Below, one piece after another: positions 18,204 to 27,354 of a stretch of DNA of 64,000 bases. Made by a program: the position numbers and the translations under genes. Origin of the DNA: Rhodospirillales bacterium (lineage in GTDB: Bacteria; Pseudomonadota; Alphaproteobacteria; Rhodospirillales; UBA2165); assembly GCA_022823235.1 (NCBI GenBank), contig JAJDXO010000026.1, positions 66,807 to 130,806 of the forward strand. The letters are read 5' to 3'. The notes under the pieces are model-generated. The model ran no database searches. It was given only the letters and a program-made list of their open reading frames with translations, and was not told where the DNA came from. Numbering within the stretch: the first letter of the stretch is position 1; each line of letters opens with the position of its first letter.

Positions 18204-19445
18204 TCACACCCCACCCCGTCGGCGCAAGGCGCCGTTGCGGTTGAGCCATAGGAAGTACGCCCAGGCGGCAAGGGCGAGCATCGCCGCGGTGATGATGGGC
18301 GCGGTCAGCCCGAAGGCCGAGGCGCCGAGCCCGAGAAACAAGGCCCCTAGCGCGGGAAATGCGCGGAAGGTCGTCCCCATGAGGCCCATGACCCTGGCCC
18401 TCATGTGGCCGGCGACGACACTCTGGACAATGATCTGCCCCGCGACCGACACGGTGTTGGTGCCGAACCCGGCGACCGCGACCAGGGCCAGTGCAATCCA
18501 GAAGTTCGCCGTCAGGCCGAAGGCGATCATCGCCAGCGCGCCGATGCATAGATTGACGCCAAATACCCGCGCGAGCCCGGTGGCCCGGCCCCTGACCGCC
18601 AGCCAGAGGGACGAGAAAACCGCACCCAAGCCGAACCCCGCCAGCAGCCAGGCGAGGCCGCTTTCGCCGCGTCCGAAAATGTCGACGGCGAACGCCGGCA
18701 TGAGTTCGGGCGCCGAGCGCAGGCAAATTCCCATGACGGCGGCGAACAGGATGAAGGTGCGAAGATGCAGATTGCCCGCCGCGTAGGAGAGGCCGTCCTT
18801 GAAGTCCGCAAGGATGCCCTGGGACGACTCCTGACGTTCCTCCGGCTCGATGGTCCGGACCAAATACAGCATGACGACGAAATAGACGAAGCCGACGGTG
18901 ATCAACGCGAAGACGACGCCCGGAGAATACGCCACCAACAACGGTCCGGTGACGGCGGGCCCGATAAACCGGCCGGTCTGAACGGACCCCGACTGCAAGG
19001 CGACCGCGGGAGAGATGTGGTCGCGGGGGACGACCTTGGCCACCAGCGCCAAGTGCGCGGGGTTGGAAAATCCGGCGACGCACCCCTGCCCGAACGAGAA
19101 AACCAACAGCAGGACGGGCGTCATGATGCCGCCGAGGGTCGCAATGGCGATCAACGCGATACTCAGCGCCCACACCATTTGAGCGAGGCGGCCGACGCGC
19201 AGCGAGCCGTACTTGTCGACCACCGCGCCGGCGATGGGCCCCAGGAGGATCATCGGCACCATCTCGGTGAAGACGACGAAGCCGAGCCATTTCGGATCTT
19301 CAGTCAGCTGCCAGGTCAGCCAGCCGAGCGCCGTCCGGTAAGCCCAGAAGCACACCGTAATGACCGACATGCCGTACCAGTAGCGCCGGAAATTGACGTT
19401 GGACATGGCCCGGCTGATGCCGCCGAGCGCCTCTGGTCCGGCCAT
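18204..19445 (-). CDS. MFS transporter (MFS_3 / enterobactin-exporter-like)
   Basis: 413 aa, about 12 TM segments. N-terminal NFRRYWYGMSVI and GPIAGAVVDKY motifs. Confidence 0.8.
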   Translation of the reverse strand: MAGPEALGGISRAMSNVNFRRYWYGMSVITVCFWAYRTALGWLTWQLTEDPKWLGFVVFTEMVPMILLGPIAGAVVDKYGSLRVGRLAQMVWALSIALIAIATLGGIMTPVLLLVFSFGQGCVAGFSNPAHLALVAKVVPRDHISPAVALQSGSVQTGRFIGPAVTGPLLVAYSPGVVFALITVGFVYFVVMLYLVRTIEPEERQESSQGILADFKDGLSYAAGNLHLRTFILFAAVMGICLRSAPELMPAFAVDIFGRGESGLAWLLAGFGLGAVFSSLWLAVRGRATGLARVFGVNLCIGALAMIAFGLTANFWIALALVAVAGFGTNTVSVAGQIIVQSVVAGHMRARVMGLMGTTFRAFPALGALFLGLGASAFGLTAPIITAAMLALAAWAYFLWLNRNGALRRRGGV

Positions 19446-19481
19446 CGTTCCCCCTCAACGTTGTGGGCAGTCTAGGCGGTC

Positions 19482-19510
19482 GGCGGGACGGCGGCGAACA
19501 CCGTCCCGCC
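19482..19510 (-). terminator. stable GC hairpin downstream of purC (possible terminator without U-tract)
   Basis: GGCGGGACGG-N9-CCGTCCCGCC, a 10-bp perfect stem between the purC stop (19539) and the MFS start (19445). Confidence 0.35.
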
Positions 19511-19538
19511 CCTGTCCGGCAATCGGTCGCTGAGCGCT

Positions 19539-20516
19539 TCAAAAGTACTCGGGCAGCGCGCGCGCGAGTGCGGCCCGGATTCGTTCCTTGACCGGCAGCT
19601 CGGCCCGCGGCCGCTCGAATGCGCGGCCGGTGACGCGCTCGTAGAGGGCGATGTAGCGGCCGGAGAACTCCATCAAGGTTTCCGCCGGAATTTCCGGGAT
19701 CGGTTCCGAATAGGGATCGCACCGTTCCGACACCCACAACCGAAGGAATTCCTTGTCCAGACTGTCCGGGTTCTCCCCGGCGGCGAACCGGTTTTCGTAG
19801 GTCTCCGCAATCCAGTAGCGGCTGGAATCCGGCGTGTGAATCTCATCGGCCAACGTGACGGCGCCGTTCCCGTCGACACCGAACTCATACTTGGTGTCGA
19901 CAAGGATGAGCCCGTTCCGGGCGGCGATCTCCTGACCGCGGGCAAATAGCGCCAGGCTCTTGCCCGCCAGTTCGTCCCATTGAGCTTGGGACACGAGCCC
20001 CCGCGCCACCGCGTCCGCCGGCGTGACCGGAACGTCGTGCGCCCCCGCCGCCCCCTTGGTGGTGGGCGTCAGGATGGTCTCGTCGAGCCGCTGGTTCTTC
20101 TTCATGCCGTCGGGGAAAGCGTGTCCGTAGAGCACCCGCCCGCCCCGCTCATACATGGGCCAGATGGCCGTGTCGGTGGAACCGGTGAGATAGGACCGGA
20201 CCACCATCTCCACCGGCAGCATCTCCAGCCGCCTGACGATGGCGACGTTGGGGTCGGGGTCGTCGATCACGTGGTTGGGGCAAATGCCGCGGGTCCGGTC
20301 AAACCAGAACCGGGCGGTTTGATTGAGAACCTGCCCCTTGAAGGGAACCGCGGCCAGCACCTGATCGAAAGCCGATTGCCGGTCGGTGGTGATGAACACG
20401 CTCCGCCCGTCGTCGAGCGCGTAGGTGTCCCGCACCTTGCCCCGGTAGAAATTCGGGAGCTCCGGAAACTCGGCCTCGGTGAGGCAGCCGGCGATGAGGG
20501 TCTCGGCGTCGGTCAT
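19539..20516 (-). CDS. purC: phosphoribosylaminoimidazole-succinocarboxamide (SAICAR) synthase, long form
   Basis: 325 aa. YRGKVRDTY, TDRQSAFD and LVDTKYEFG motifs. Confidence 0.85.
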   Translation of the reverse strand: MTDAETLIAGCLTEAEFPELPNFYRGKVRDTYALDDGRSVFITTDRQSAFDQVLAAVPFKGQVLNQTARFWFDRTRGICPNHVIDDPDPNVAIVRRLEMLPVEMVVRSYLTGSTDTAIWPMYERGGRVLYGHAFPDGMKKNQRLDETILTPTTKGAAGAHDVPVTPADAVARGLVSQAQWDELAGKSLALFARGQEIAARNGLILVDTKYEFGVDGNGAVTLADEIHTPDSSRYWIAETYENRFAAGENPDSLDKEFLRLWVSERCDPYSEPIPEIPAETLMEFSGRYIALYERVTGRAFERPRAELPVKERIRAALARALPEYF

Positions 20517-20519
20517 GGG

Positions 20520-21299
20520 CTAGAGATACGGTGCAAGCCAGTCGAGCGAGTCATCGGTGGCCGTCCTGGGGTGGTACTCGGCGCCCAGGAATCCCTTCCA
20601 GCCGACCCGGTCCATGGCCTCGAAGACGTAAGCATAATTGATCTCGCCGGTGCCGGGCTCATGGCGGCCCGGCGTGTCGGCGAACTGGATATGGCCGATA
20701 TGTTCCAGGTTCGCCTCGACCGTTCGGACCAAATCGCCCTCCATTATCTGCATGTGGTAGAGGTCGTGCTCGATGCCCAGATTGGGGTGCCCCGCCGCCT
20801 TGATCAGACCCACCGCCTGCTCGGTGGAATGCAGCAAAAAGCCCGGCCGGTCGAACGTGTTCACCGCCTCCGTGATAACCCGCACCCCGATCCCGCTCAT
20901 GGCGTCCGCCGCCAGATTGAGGTTTCCGGCAAGAGTTTCCAGACAGGCGTCCCGCGTGAATTCCTCCATGGCGGGCCACCCGGCCAGTACGTTGACGTTC
21001 ATGGGCCGCAACGCCTCCGCATACCGGAAGGTCTCCTCGAGATACGCCTTGAACGTATCCTCCGCGCCGGGCATGGCGGCGGCGCCCGGCTCTCCCTGGT
21101 CCAGCGCCCCCACCTTGTGATTGAACACGGCGAGGGGCAATCCGATGCCGTCGATTGTCGCTTTCAAGTCATCGAGGCCGGTTTCATAGGGGAACTGAAA
21201 CTCGACCGCTTGGAATCCGGCATCCCTGGCCGCCGCGAACCGCTCGAGAAACGGCAGTTCGGTGAACATGGTCGAAAGATTGGTCGAAAAGCGCGGCAT
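20520..21299 (-). CDS. hyi: hydroxypyruvate isomerase family TIM-barrel protein
   Basis: 259 aa. MPRFSTNLSTMFTELPFLERFAAARDAGFQAVEF is Hyi/OtnI-like. Lies 3 nt upstream of purC. Confidence 0.8.
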   Translation of the reverse strand: MPRFSTNLSTMFTELPFLERFAAARDAGFQAVEFQFPYETGLDDLKATIDGIGLPLAVFNHKVGALDQGEPGAAAMPGAEDTFKAYLEETFRYAEALRPMNVNVLAGWPAMEEFTRDACLETLAGNLNLAADAMSGIGVRVITEAVNTFDRPGFLLHSTEQAVGLIKAAGHPNLGIEHDLYHMQIMEGDLVRTVEANLEHIGHIQFADTPGRHEPGTGEINYAYVFEAMDRVGWKGFLGAEYHPRTATDDSLDWLAPYL

Positions 21300-21314
21300 C
21301 CGCCGGGGCCTTCC

Positions 21315-22343
21315 CTAGTCGGGTGGTTCGAAGCGCAATCTTCGCTGTACGGGGAAGAATCGCAAGTCCCAACGCTCGGCGACCAGCCCCCAGATGCCCT
21401 GGGGCGCCTTCAACATGATGACCACGGCGACGAGGCCGAGGAGGATCAGATACCACGTGCCGAACTGCGCCAGCGGTTCGCGGAGCAGGAAGAAAATCAG
21501 CGTGCCGATGATCGGGCCCTCGATGGTGCCGATGCCGCCGATAACGACGATGAAGATCACCGTCGTCGTCCAGTTGATGTCAAAGGCCGCCGCGGGGCTG
21601 ATCCGCAGCTTGGTGAGGAAGATCAAGGCGCCGATGGCCGTCGTCCCGAAGGCGACGAAGATGTAGATCATCAGCTTGGCGCGGAAATTGTCGACGCCCA
21701 GGCTCGCCGACGCCTCCTCCGAATCCCGGATGGCCGTCAGGGCGAGGCCGTGGCGCGACCGCAACAGCCCGTAGACGATGGCGATGATGCAGATCACCAC
21801 CGCCAGGGCGACGAGGTAGATCACCGCATCCCGGCCCGAGCGCGACGCGGCGATATCGCGCACCACGCTCACCGGCAGGCTGATGCCCGAGCCGCCGCCG
21901 AGGGTCTGAATCTGCGCGAAGCCCAGGAGGAACACTTCGGCCACCACCCATGTGCCGATGGCGAAGTAATGACCCCGCAATCGGAATACCAGGAAGGCCA
22001 CGGGCAGGGACACCACGGCGCCTATGAGACCGGCGAGCGGGATGCTCCAGGCCGCCCCCACCGGCGTGAATATGGCCAGGGCGAACAGCATATAACCGCC
22101 GAGACCGACGAAGGCCTGCTGCCCCACCGAGACCAGCCCGGCGTACCCGGCGAGCAGGTTCCACATCTGGGCGAGCGCCAGAATATAGAAAATCTCCACC
22201 AGCAGCCGCATGGTCGCCCGGTCGGCCCACCACGGCGCCGCGGCAAGGAACAGAAGCAGGAGAATGCCGGCGATCGCCCCGCCCCGGCTGGCACGGGTCG
22301 ACCGGATCACCGAATAGCGGCCCTGGGCCGTCGCCTCAGTCAT
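21315..22343 (-). CDS. livM: branched-chain amino acid (HAAT family) ABC transporter permease
   Basis: ATG 22343 overlaps the livH stop by 8 nt (ATGACTGA). Polytopic LivM-like protein. Confidence 0.8.
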   Translation of the reverse strand: MTEATAQGRYSVIRSTRASRGGAIAGILLLLFLAAAPWWADRATMRLLVEIFYILALAQMWNLLAGYAGLVSVGQQAFVGLGGYMLFALAIFTPVGAAWSIPLAGLIGAVVSLPVAFLVFRLRGHYFAIGTWVVAEVFLLGFAQIQTLGGGSGISLPVSVVRDIAASRSGRDAVIYLVALAVVICIIAIVYGLLRSRHGLALTAIRDSEEASASLGVDNFRAKLMIYIFVAFGTTAIGALIFLTKLRISPAAAFDINWTTTVIFIVVIGGIGTIEGPIIGTLIFFLLREPLAQFGTWYLILLGLVAVVIMLKAPQGIWGLVAERWDLRFFPVQRRLRFEPPD

Positions 22344-23208
22344 CGCGAGTCCTCGGGAACAGGCCGTTGGGCCGGATGGCGAGTACGACCAGGAAAGCGA
22401 TATGGCCGGCGAGAATCTGAAATCCGGGATCGATCTTCGCGCCAATGTTCTGGGCAACGCCCAGGATGATCCCGCCGGCGAGGGTTCCCCAGAGGGAGCC
22501 GAGGCCGCCCATGATCACGGCTTCGAAGGCAAACAGCAGGCGCGACGGCCCGACCGATGGATCGAAATTGGTGCGGACACCGAGAAACACGCCGGCGATG
22601 GCCACCAGCACCAGGGCCAGCGCCATGGCCAGGCCATAGACGTGGCGGTGGTCGATCCCCATCAATTGCGCCGTCACCGGATCGTCGGAGGTGGCGCGGA
22701 ACGCACGGCCCAAACTGGTCCGGTTGAACACCACCTGAATGGCGAAGATCAGCACGACCGCGGTCACGAAGATGATCAGGGGGAAGACCCCGACGGCGAG
22801 ATCCTCGGTGAGATTGATGCTGAGGGTCTCGAACGCGCCGATCTTCAGGCGCTGGGAATCGGCGGAGAAAACCTCCAGCAGCAAATTCTGGATAACGATG
22901 GAAAGCCCGAAGGTGACCAGCAAGGGGGGCAGCAGATCGGGACCCAGTGTCGGGTTCAGAACGCCCCGCTGAAGGATATAGCCGAACACCGCCATTATCG
23001 GGATGACCGCGATCAGGCTGACGAACGGCCCGACGCCGGTGCCCTCCACCACGACCAGGGCGACAAAGGCCGCCAGGACGATGAAATCGCCATGGGTAAT
23101 GTTCACCAACCGCATGACCCCGAAGATGATCGCCAGGCCGGTGGCGAACAGGGCATAGAGACCGCCCGTCAGCACGCCCTGGAGGATGGAGTTCACCCAC
23201 TCGATCAT
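22336..23208 (-). CDS. livH: branched-chain amino acid (HAAT family) ABC transporter permease
   Basis: 290 aa. LivH-like MIEWVNSILQGVLTGGLYALFATGLAIIFGV. Confidence 0.85.
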   Translation of the reverse strand: MIEWVNSILQGVLTGGLYALFATGLAIIFGVMRLVNITHGDFIVLAAFVALVVVEGTGVGPFVSLIAVIPIMAVFGYILQRGVLNPTLGPDLLPPLLVTFGLSIVIQNLLLEVFSADSQRLKIGAFETLSINLTEDLAVGVFPLIIFVTAVVLIFAIQVVFNRTSLGRAFRATSDDPVTAQLMGIDHRHVYGLAMALALVLVAIAGVFLGVRTNFDPSVGPSRLLFAFEAVIMGGLGSLWGTLAGGIILGVAQNIGAKIDPGFQILAGHIAFLVVLAIRPNGLFPRTRDD

Positions 23209-23909
23209 TGGGATTTCCCCAGATAGGCGTTGGCGATGTCGTCGCGGCTCATCTGCGCCGGGTCGCCTTCCAGGGAAATCCGCCCTTCTTGAAAGCAGTA
23301 GACCCGGTCGGCGACCTCAAGGGCCTGGTTGATATCCTGCTCGACAATCAGCAACGACACGCCCTCGGCCTTGATGGCGGGGACGGATTCGTAAATATCC
23401 TTGATGATGATGGGCGCCAGGCCGAGGGACAGTTCGTCGCACAGCAGGAGCTTCGGGTTGGCCATCAGCGCCCGGCCGATGGCAACCATCTGCTGTTCGC
23501 CGCCCGACAGCGCGGTGCCTGGATTGTCGCGCCGCTCCTTCAGGCGCGGGAACATTCCGTACACCCGGTCCAGGGACCACGTGCCCGGACGGCCGTCGTA
23601 GCCGCCGATCACCAGGTTTTCCTCGACCGACAGGCTGGGAAACAGCTTCCGGCCCTCGGGCACCATGGCGATGCCGAGGCCCGGAATGTCGGACGCCTTG
23701 CGCCCGGCGATCGACCGGCCGTTATAGCTGAATTCGTCGGCGGCGTATTTGACCAGCCCGGTGACCGAGCGGAGGAAAGTGGATTTCCCGGCGCCGTTTG
23801 CGCCGATCACCGCCACCGTTTCACCCTCGTCGAGGGCAAAATCGATCCCGAACAGGGCCTGAAAATCGCCGTAAAAGGCGGTGAGATTTCGGACGGCTAG
23901 AAGGCTCAT
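23205..23909 (-). CDS. livF: HAAT-family ABC transporter ATP-binding protein
   Basis: 234 aa. Walker A GANGAGKST and signature LSGGEQQM. 4-nt overlaps with both neighbours. Confidence 0.9.
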   Translation of the reverse strand: MSLLAVRNLTAFYGDFQALFGIDFALDEGETVAVIGANGAGKSTFLRSVTGLVKYAADEFSYNGRSIAGRKASDIPGLGIAMVPEGRKLFPSLSVEENLVIGGYDGRPGTWSLDRVYGMFPRLKERRDNPGTALSGGEQQMVAIGRALMANPKLLLCDELSLGLAPIIIKDIYESVPAIKAEGVSLLIVEQDINQALEVADRVYCFQEGRISLEGDPAQMSRDDIANAYLGKSQ

Positions 23910-24628
23910 TCGACCGAGATCCCCATATAGACCTTCTGGACCTCGGGCGAATTGATCACCGCCTCGGGGTCGCCGTCGTCGAGCTTTTCGCCGAAATTGA
24001 TGACGATCAGCCGATCGACCACGGAAAGAAGCGCATGAACGATATGCTCGATCCAGATGATCGACATGTTTTCCGCGCGTATGCCGTTAATGGTCGCCAC
24101 CAGATCGACCACCTCGGGCTCGGTCAGGCCGCCGGCGATTTCGTCCAGCAAAAGCACCCGCGGCTTGGTGGCGAGCGCGCGCGCGAGTTCAAGCCGCTTG
24201 CGCTCCAGAAGCGTCAGGGAACCGGCAAGCGCATTGGCCTTGGGCGCAAGCCCGGTGCGTTCGAGGATCGCCGCGCAATGATCGGTGCTCTCGGCTTCGC
24301 CGTCGCCGCCGCCGAATGCCGCGCCGACGAGCAGGTTTTCGAATACGGTCATGCCGCCGAAGGGATGGGGGATTTGATAGGACCGGCTGATGCCCGCCCG
24401 GCAGCGGTCGAAGGCCGAGGCCTTGGTAATGTCCCGCCCGTCATACCTGATGACGCCCTGATCGCTGCCCAGCGTGCCGGTGATCAGATTGAACAGCGTC
24501 GACTTGCCGGCCCCGTTCGGACCGATGATTCCCAACGCCTCCCCTTCCTCCAGATGAAGGAAGAAGGAATTGATCACCTGCAGTGACCCGAAGCTCTTGC
24601 CAAGATTCTCGACGTCGAGAAGCGGCAC
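23906..24628 (-). CDS. livG: HAAT-family ABC transporter ATP-binding protein
   Basis: 240 aa, GTG start. Walker A GPNGAGKST and Walker B LLLDEIAGGL. Confidence 0.9.
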   Translation of the reverse strand: MPLLDVENLGKSFGSLQVINSFFLHLEEGEALGIIGPNGAGKSTLFNLITGTLGSDQGVIRYDGRDITKASAFDRCRAGISRSYQIPHPFGGMTVFENLLVGAAFGGGDGEAESTDHCAAILERTGLAPKANALAGSLTLLERKRLELARALATKPRVLLLDEIAGGLTEPEVVDLVATINGIRAENMSIIWIEHIVHALLSVVDRLIVINFGEKLDDGDPEAVINSPEVQKVYMGISVE

Positions 24629-25067
24629 CCTGGTCTCCCCGTTTCGGCCCGCCGCCCCGGAATTATATCCAATGTCATGGACGGGTCACTCCGTAGTGCG
24701 GGGATGGGACTCGGAAGTCAAGGGCCGCCCATGCCCAGCATCAAATTGACATACAGGTTTGATCAGGCGGGCTGTGAAGCTTTTCGCCGCATGATCAACT
24801 CGCGAAGGACCAGCAAGGCGGCAATGGCCACCGGCGGCGCGATCATCGATATCATGCGGAAATAGAGGATGAACCGATGGACGCCGCCCAGCTGGACCGG
24901 AAAAGGGGTGAGCCCGATGCCGAGCCGGAAATTGAGTCAAAGAAAAAATGATCGTGATCCGTTTCCTGCATATGGGGTTCGTCCGCCGATGAGGAATTGG
25001 ATTGTTCATTACCGGCCCGCTCGCCATGATGCCCGCCATGAATTTCATACTCATCAAGGAGGAACGA

Positions 25068-25469
25068 ATGGGAGATGCACCTGACCTGAGCTGGCAGGGA
25101 CTCGTCGGCATGTGCCGGGACAAGGGATTGTTGGCCAAGGAGCTCTATGTCGTGTTCACCAGGCCGGCCGGCGGCCTGGAGGCCATCTTCGAAAACCTGG
25201 AGGAGCACCTCGCGTTCCAGGGCGAGTTGGAAGCCAAGGGCATCATGTTCGGCGCGGGTCCGTTCCCCAACGACGCGGGCGACGAATGGGGCGGCGAAGG
25301 TATGGTAATCATCCGCGCCGACAGCCTGGAAGAGGCCAGGAAGATCGCGGATTCGGATCCCATGCACGCGAGCGGTGCGCGGACCTACACGATCCGGCCG
25401 TGGCTGCTGAACGAAGGCCGGGTCATGGTCGACCTCACATATTCCAGCGGCCGCTACAAGATGGACTGA
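25068..25469 (+). CDS. YciI-like domain protein
   Basis: ATG 25068 with AAGGAGG 5 nt upstream. YVVFTRP..HLAFQGELEAKGIMFGAGPF..DPMH resembles the YCII fold. Confidence 0.65.
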   Translation: MGDAPDLSWQGLVGMCRDKGLLAKELYVVFTRPAGGLEAIFENLEEHLAFQGELEAKGIMFGAGPFPNDAGDEWGGEGMVIIRADSLEEARKIADSDPMHASGARTYTIRPWLLNEGRVMVDLTYSSGRYKMD

Positions 25470-25490
25470 ACGAACCTTAAGTTGGACGTG

Positions 25491-25520
25491 AAAACGCCCG
25501 GGCGGAGACCCGGGCGTTTC
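25491..25520. terminator. bidirectional rho-independent terminator
   Basis: AAACGCCCGGG-CGGAGA-CCCGGGCGTTT, an 11-bp perfect stem with A/T runs on both sides, between the convergent YciI-like and SBP genes. Confidence 0.8.
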
Positions 25521-25541
25521 CAATTCTAGGCCGCTAAGCGC

Positions 25542-27140
25542 CTATTTCTTGCGCCACAGGCGGTGATAGCCGAGGTTGGCGTCGTTCGGCGTGCGCACAC
25601 CGCCCACATGCTTCTGAGCCATCATCGCGGCAGGCGCATACTGGAACGGCATGTAGGCCACCACTTCCGTCTTCGCCTTTTCGAAAGCGCAGTGCGCGGC
25701 CTTGACTTCGGCATCGCCCCGCGCCGCCTTCACCTTGGCGATGGCCGCATCCAGCTTCGGCGAATTGATTCGCCAGATGTTGTTCTTGTGCTTGGAATGC
25801 AGATCCATGTTGAACACCGTCGGATGGATCAGCGGCCCGCGCGGGTTCATCCACGCCGGGGTCTCGCCCTTGACGATCTTGAACACCACACCGGTGGGCC
25901 CGCGGCCGCCGACCTTGATCTCGCTTTCGACACCGACCTTCTTCCACATGGCCTGAATGATCTCGATGGTCTTGCGGAAGGACGGAATATTCAGTGTCCA
26001 GATCTCGATCTTCGGCACCGGCTTGCCGAAGTCGGCCAGCAGCGCCTTGGCCTTCTCGACATTGAACTCAGGGTATGCGATTCCCTCGCAGTGCCATGGT
26101 GAACCGGGCGGGAACGACTGATCGGCGAAGATCGGGGAGTTCCGGCCGACGATCCGGATGATCGCCTTGCGGTCGATGGCGTGGGACAGCGCGCGGCGTA
26201 CCCGGACATCTTCCAGCGGCGCATGGCTGGATTGGAAGTTGATCGAGAAATGCAGCTGGCCGCGCGTGCCGTTGGCGATATTGAACTTGTCGCCTTCCTT
26301 GCGGGCGCGCGCCAGGCCGGAGCCGTTCAGCGACCACATCACATCCAGATCGCCCGCCGCGAACGCATTCCATGCCGCCGCAGTCTCGGGACCGGTGGTG
26401 ATGCGATAGAAAATCTCGTCCAGATGCTGCGAACCGGGATCCCAGTAATTCGGATTCTTGACCAGAGTCACGCCCTTGCCCGGTACCCACTCCTTGACCA
26501 TGTAGGGGCCGGCGCCGGCGGACATGCGGTTATAGTTCGGGTCTTCCTGGAACTTCCTGGCGAAGCTCGGGGCGTTGGTGAACCACACGTAGACACCGCC
26601 GTCCGCCATCACGTCGCGGAAGGCCAGATTCGGTTCACCGAACTGGAATTCGACGGTGTGCTTGTCGATCGCCACGACCTTTTGAAGGTTGGAGCCCAAT
26701 TGCGCCCGGAAACGGCCGGCGAGGCTGCTGCCCAGCAGGCGGTTCCAGTGATGGACATAGGCCTCGGAGGTCAGCTCTTCCGCAGGATTGGCCGCATGCG
26801 GGGCGAACTTCACGCCCTTGCGCAACTCGACCCGCCAACGCTTGAAATCGTCGGCGGCCGTTGCCTTGACGGCCAGCTTGGGCACGATCTTGCCGTCGGC
26901 ATCCTTCTCGAACAGCTTGTCGTGAACCGCATTGAGGACCTGAAACCGGCCCATGCCGCCCTGCGGCACCTTGATGTGGTCGAACCCGCCGATGTCGCGG
27001 TTGATATGAACCGTCAGTTTGCCGCCTTTGACCGGCTGCTCCTGACCGACGGCGCCGGTCGCGGCAACAGCCAAGGCAATCGCCGCCGCCGAGCCGGCAA
27101 GCAGCGCCTTCAAACCCATGGATTGTGTAATTGTCGGCAT
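25542..27140 (-). CDS. ABC transporter substrate-binding protein, family 5 (Dpp/Opp/Nik-like), paralog 1
   Basis: ATG 27140 with GGGAG upstream. Signal peptide MGLKALLAGSAAAIALAVAATGAVG. By eye about three-quarters identical to 27355..28935. Confidence 0.85.
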   Translation of the reverse strand: MPTITQSMGLKALLAGSAAAIALAVAATGAVGQEQPVKGGKLTVHINRDIGGFDHIKVPQGGMGRFQVLNAVHDKLFEKDADGKIVPKLAVKATAADDFKRWRVELRKGVKFAPHAANPAEELTSEAYVHHWNRLLGSSLAGRFRAQLGSNLQKVVAIDKHTVEFQFGEPNLAFRDVMADGGVYVWFTNAPSFARKFQEDPNYNRMSAGAGPYMVKEWVPGKGVTLVKNPNYWDPGSQHLDEIFYRITTGPETAAAWNAFAAGDLDVMWSLNGSGLARARKEGDKFNIANGTRGQLHFSINFQSSHAPLEDVRVRRALSHAIDRKAIIRIVGRNSPIFADQSFPPGSPWHCEGIAYPEFNVEKAKALLADFGKPVPKIEIWTLNIPSFRKTIEIIQAMWKKVGVESEIKVGGRGPTGVVFKIVKGETPAWMNPRGPLIHPTVFNMDLHSKHKNNIWRINSPKLDAAIAKVKAARGDAEVKAAHCAFEKAKTEVVAYMPFQYAPAAMMAQKHVGGVRTPNDANLGYHRLWRKK

Positions 27141-27297
27141 AAAGAACTCCCATAAATGTATGACGCTTGTTTTTTGTTCTGCGTCGATTGCTTCCCAGTG
27201 CTTAATGTCAGGCGACACGCTGAAACGAGGAAAAAACCCTACGAAGCACTCTTATATAAGTCAAGAAATCCGGAGCATGATCCAGTGGGAAATCAGC

Positions 27298-27330
27298 AAA
27301 AAACGAGGCCCGCGCCGAACGGCACGGGCC
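27298..27330 (-). terminator. rho-independent terminator after SBP paralog 2
   Basis: Minus-strand RNA GGCCCGUGCC-GUUC-GGCGCGGGCC followed by UCGUUUUUU, 25 nt after the stop at 27355. Confidence 0.75.
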
Positions 27331-27354
27331 CCGTCGTCTCACAACACGGTTGGG

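Noticed and set aside
19980-22469. 829-aa ORF on the + strand
   Set aside because: Spans antisense to purC, hyi and livM, three independent well-supported genes. Compositional artefact.
24763-24855. 30-codon hydrophobic ORF (MISMIAPPVAIAALLVLRELIMRRKASQPA) in the 440-bp lower-GC gap upstream of livG
   Set aside because: No Shine-Dalgarno sequence upstream, no recognisable family, and too short to support. Might be a gene remnant or chance ORF.
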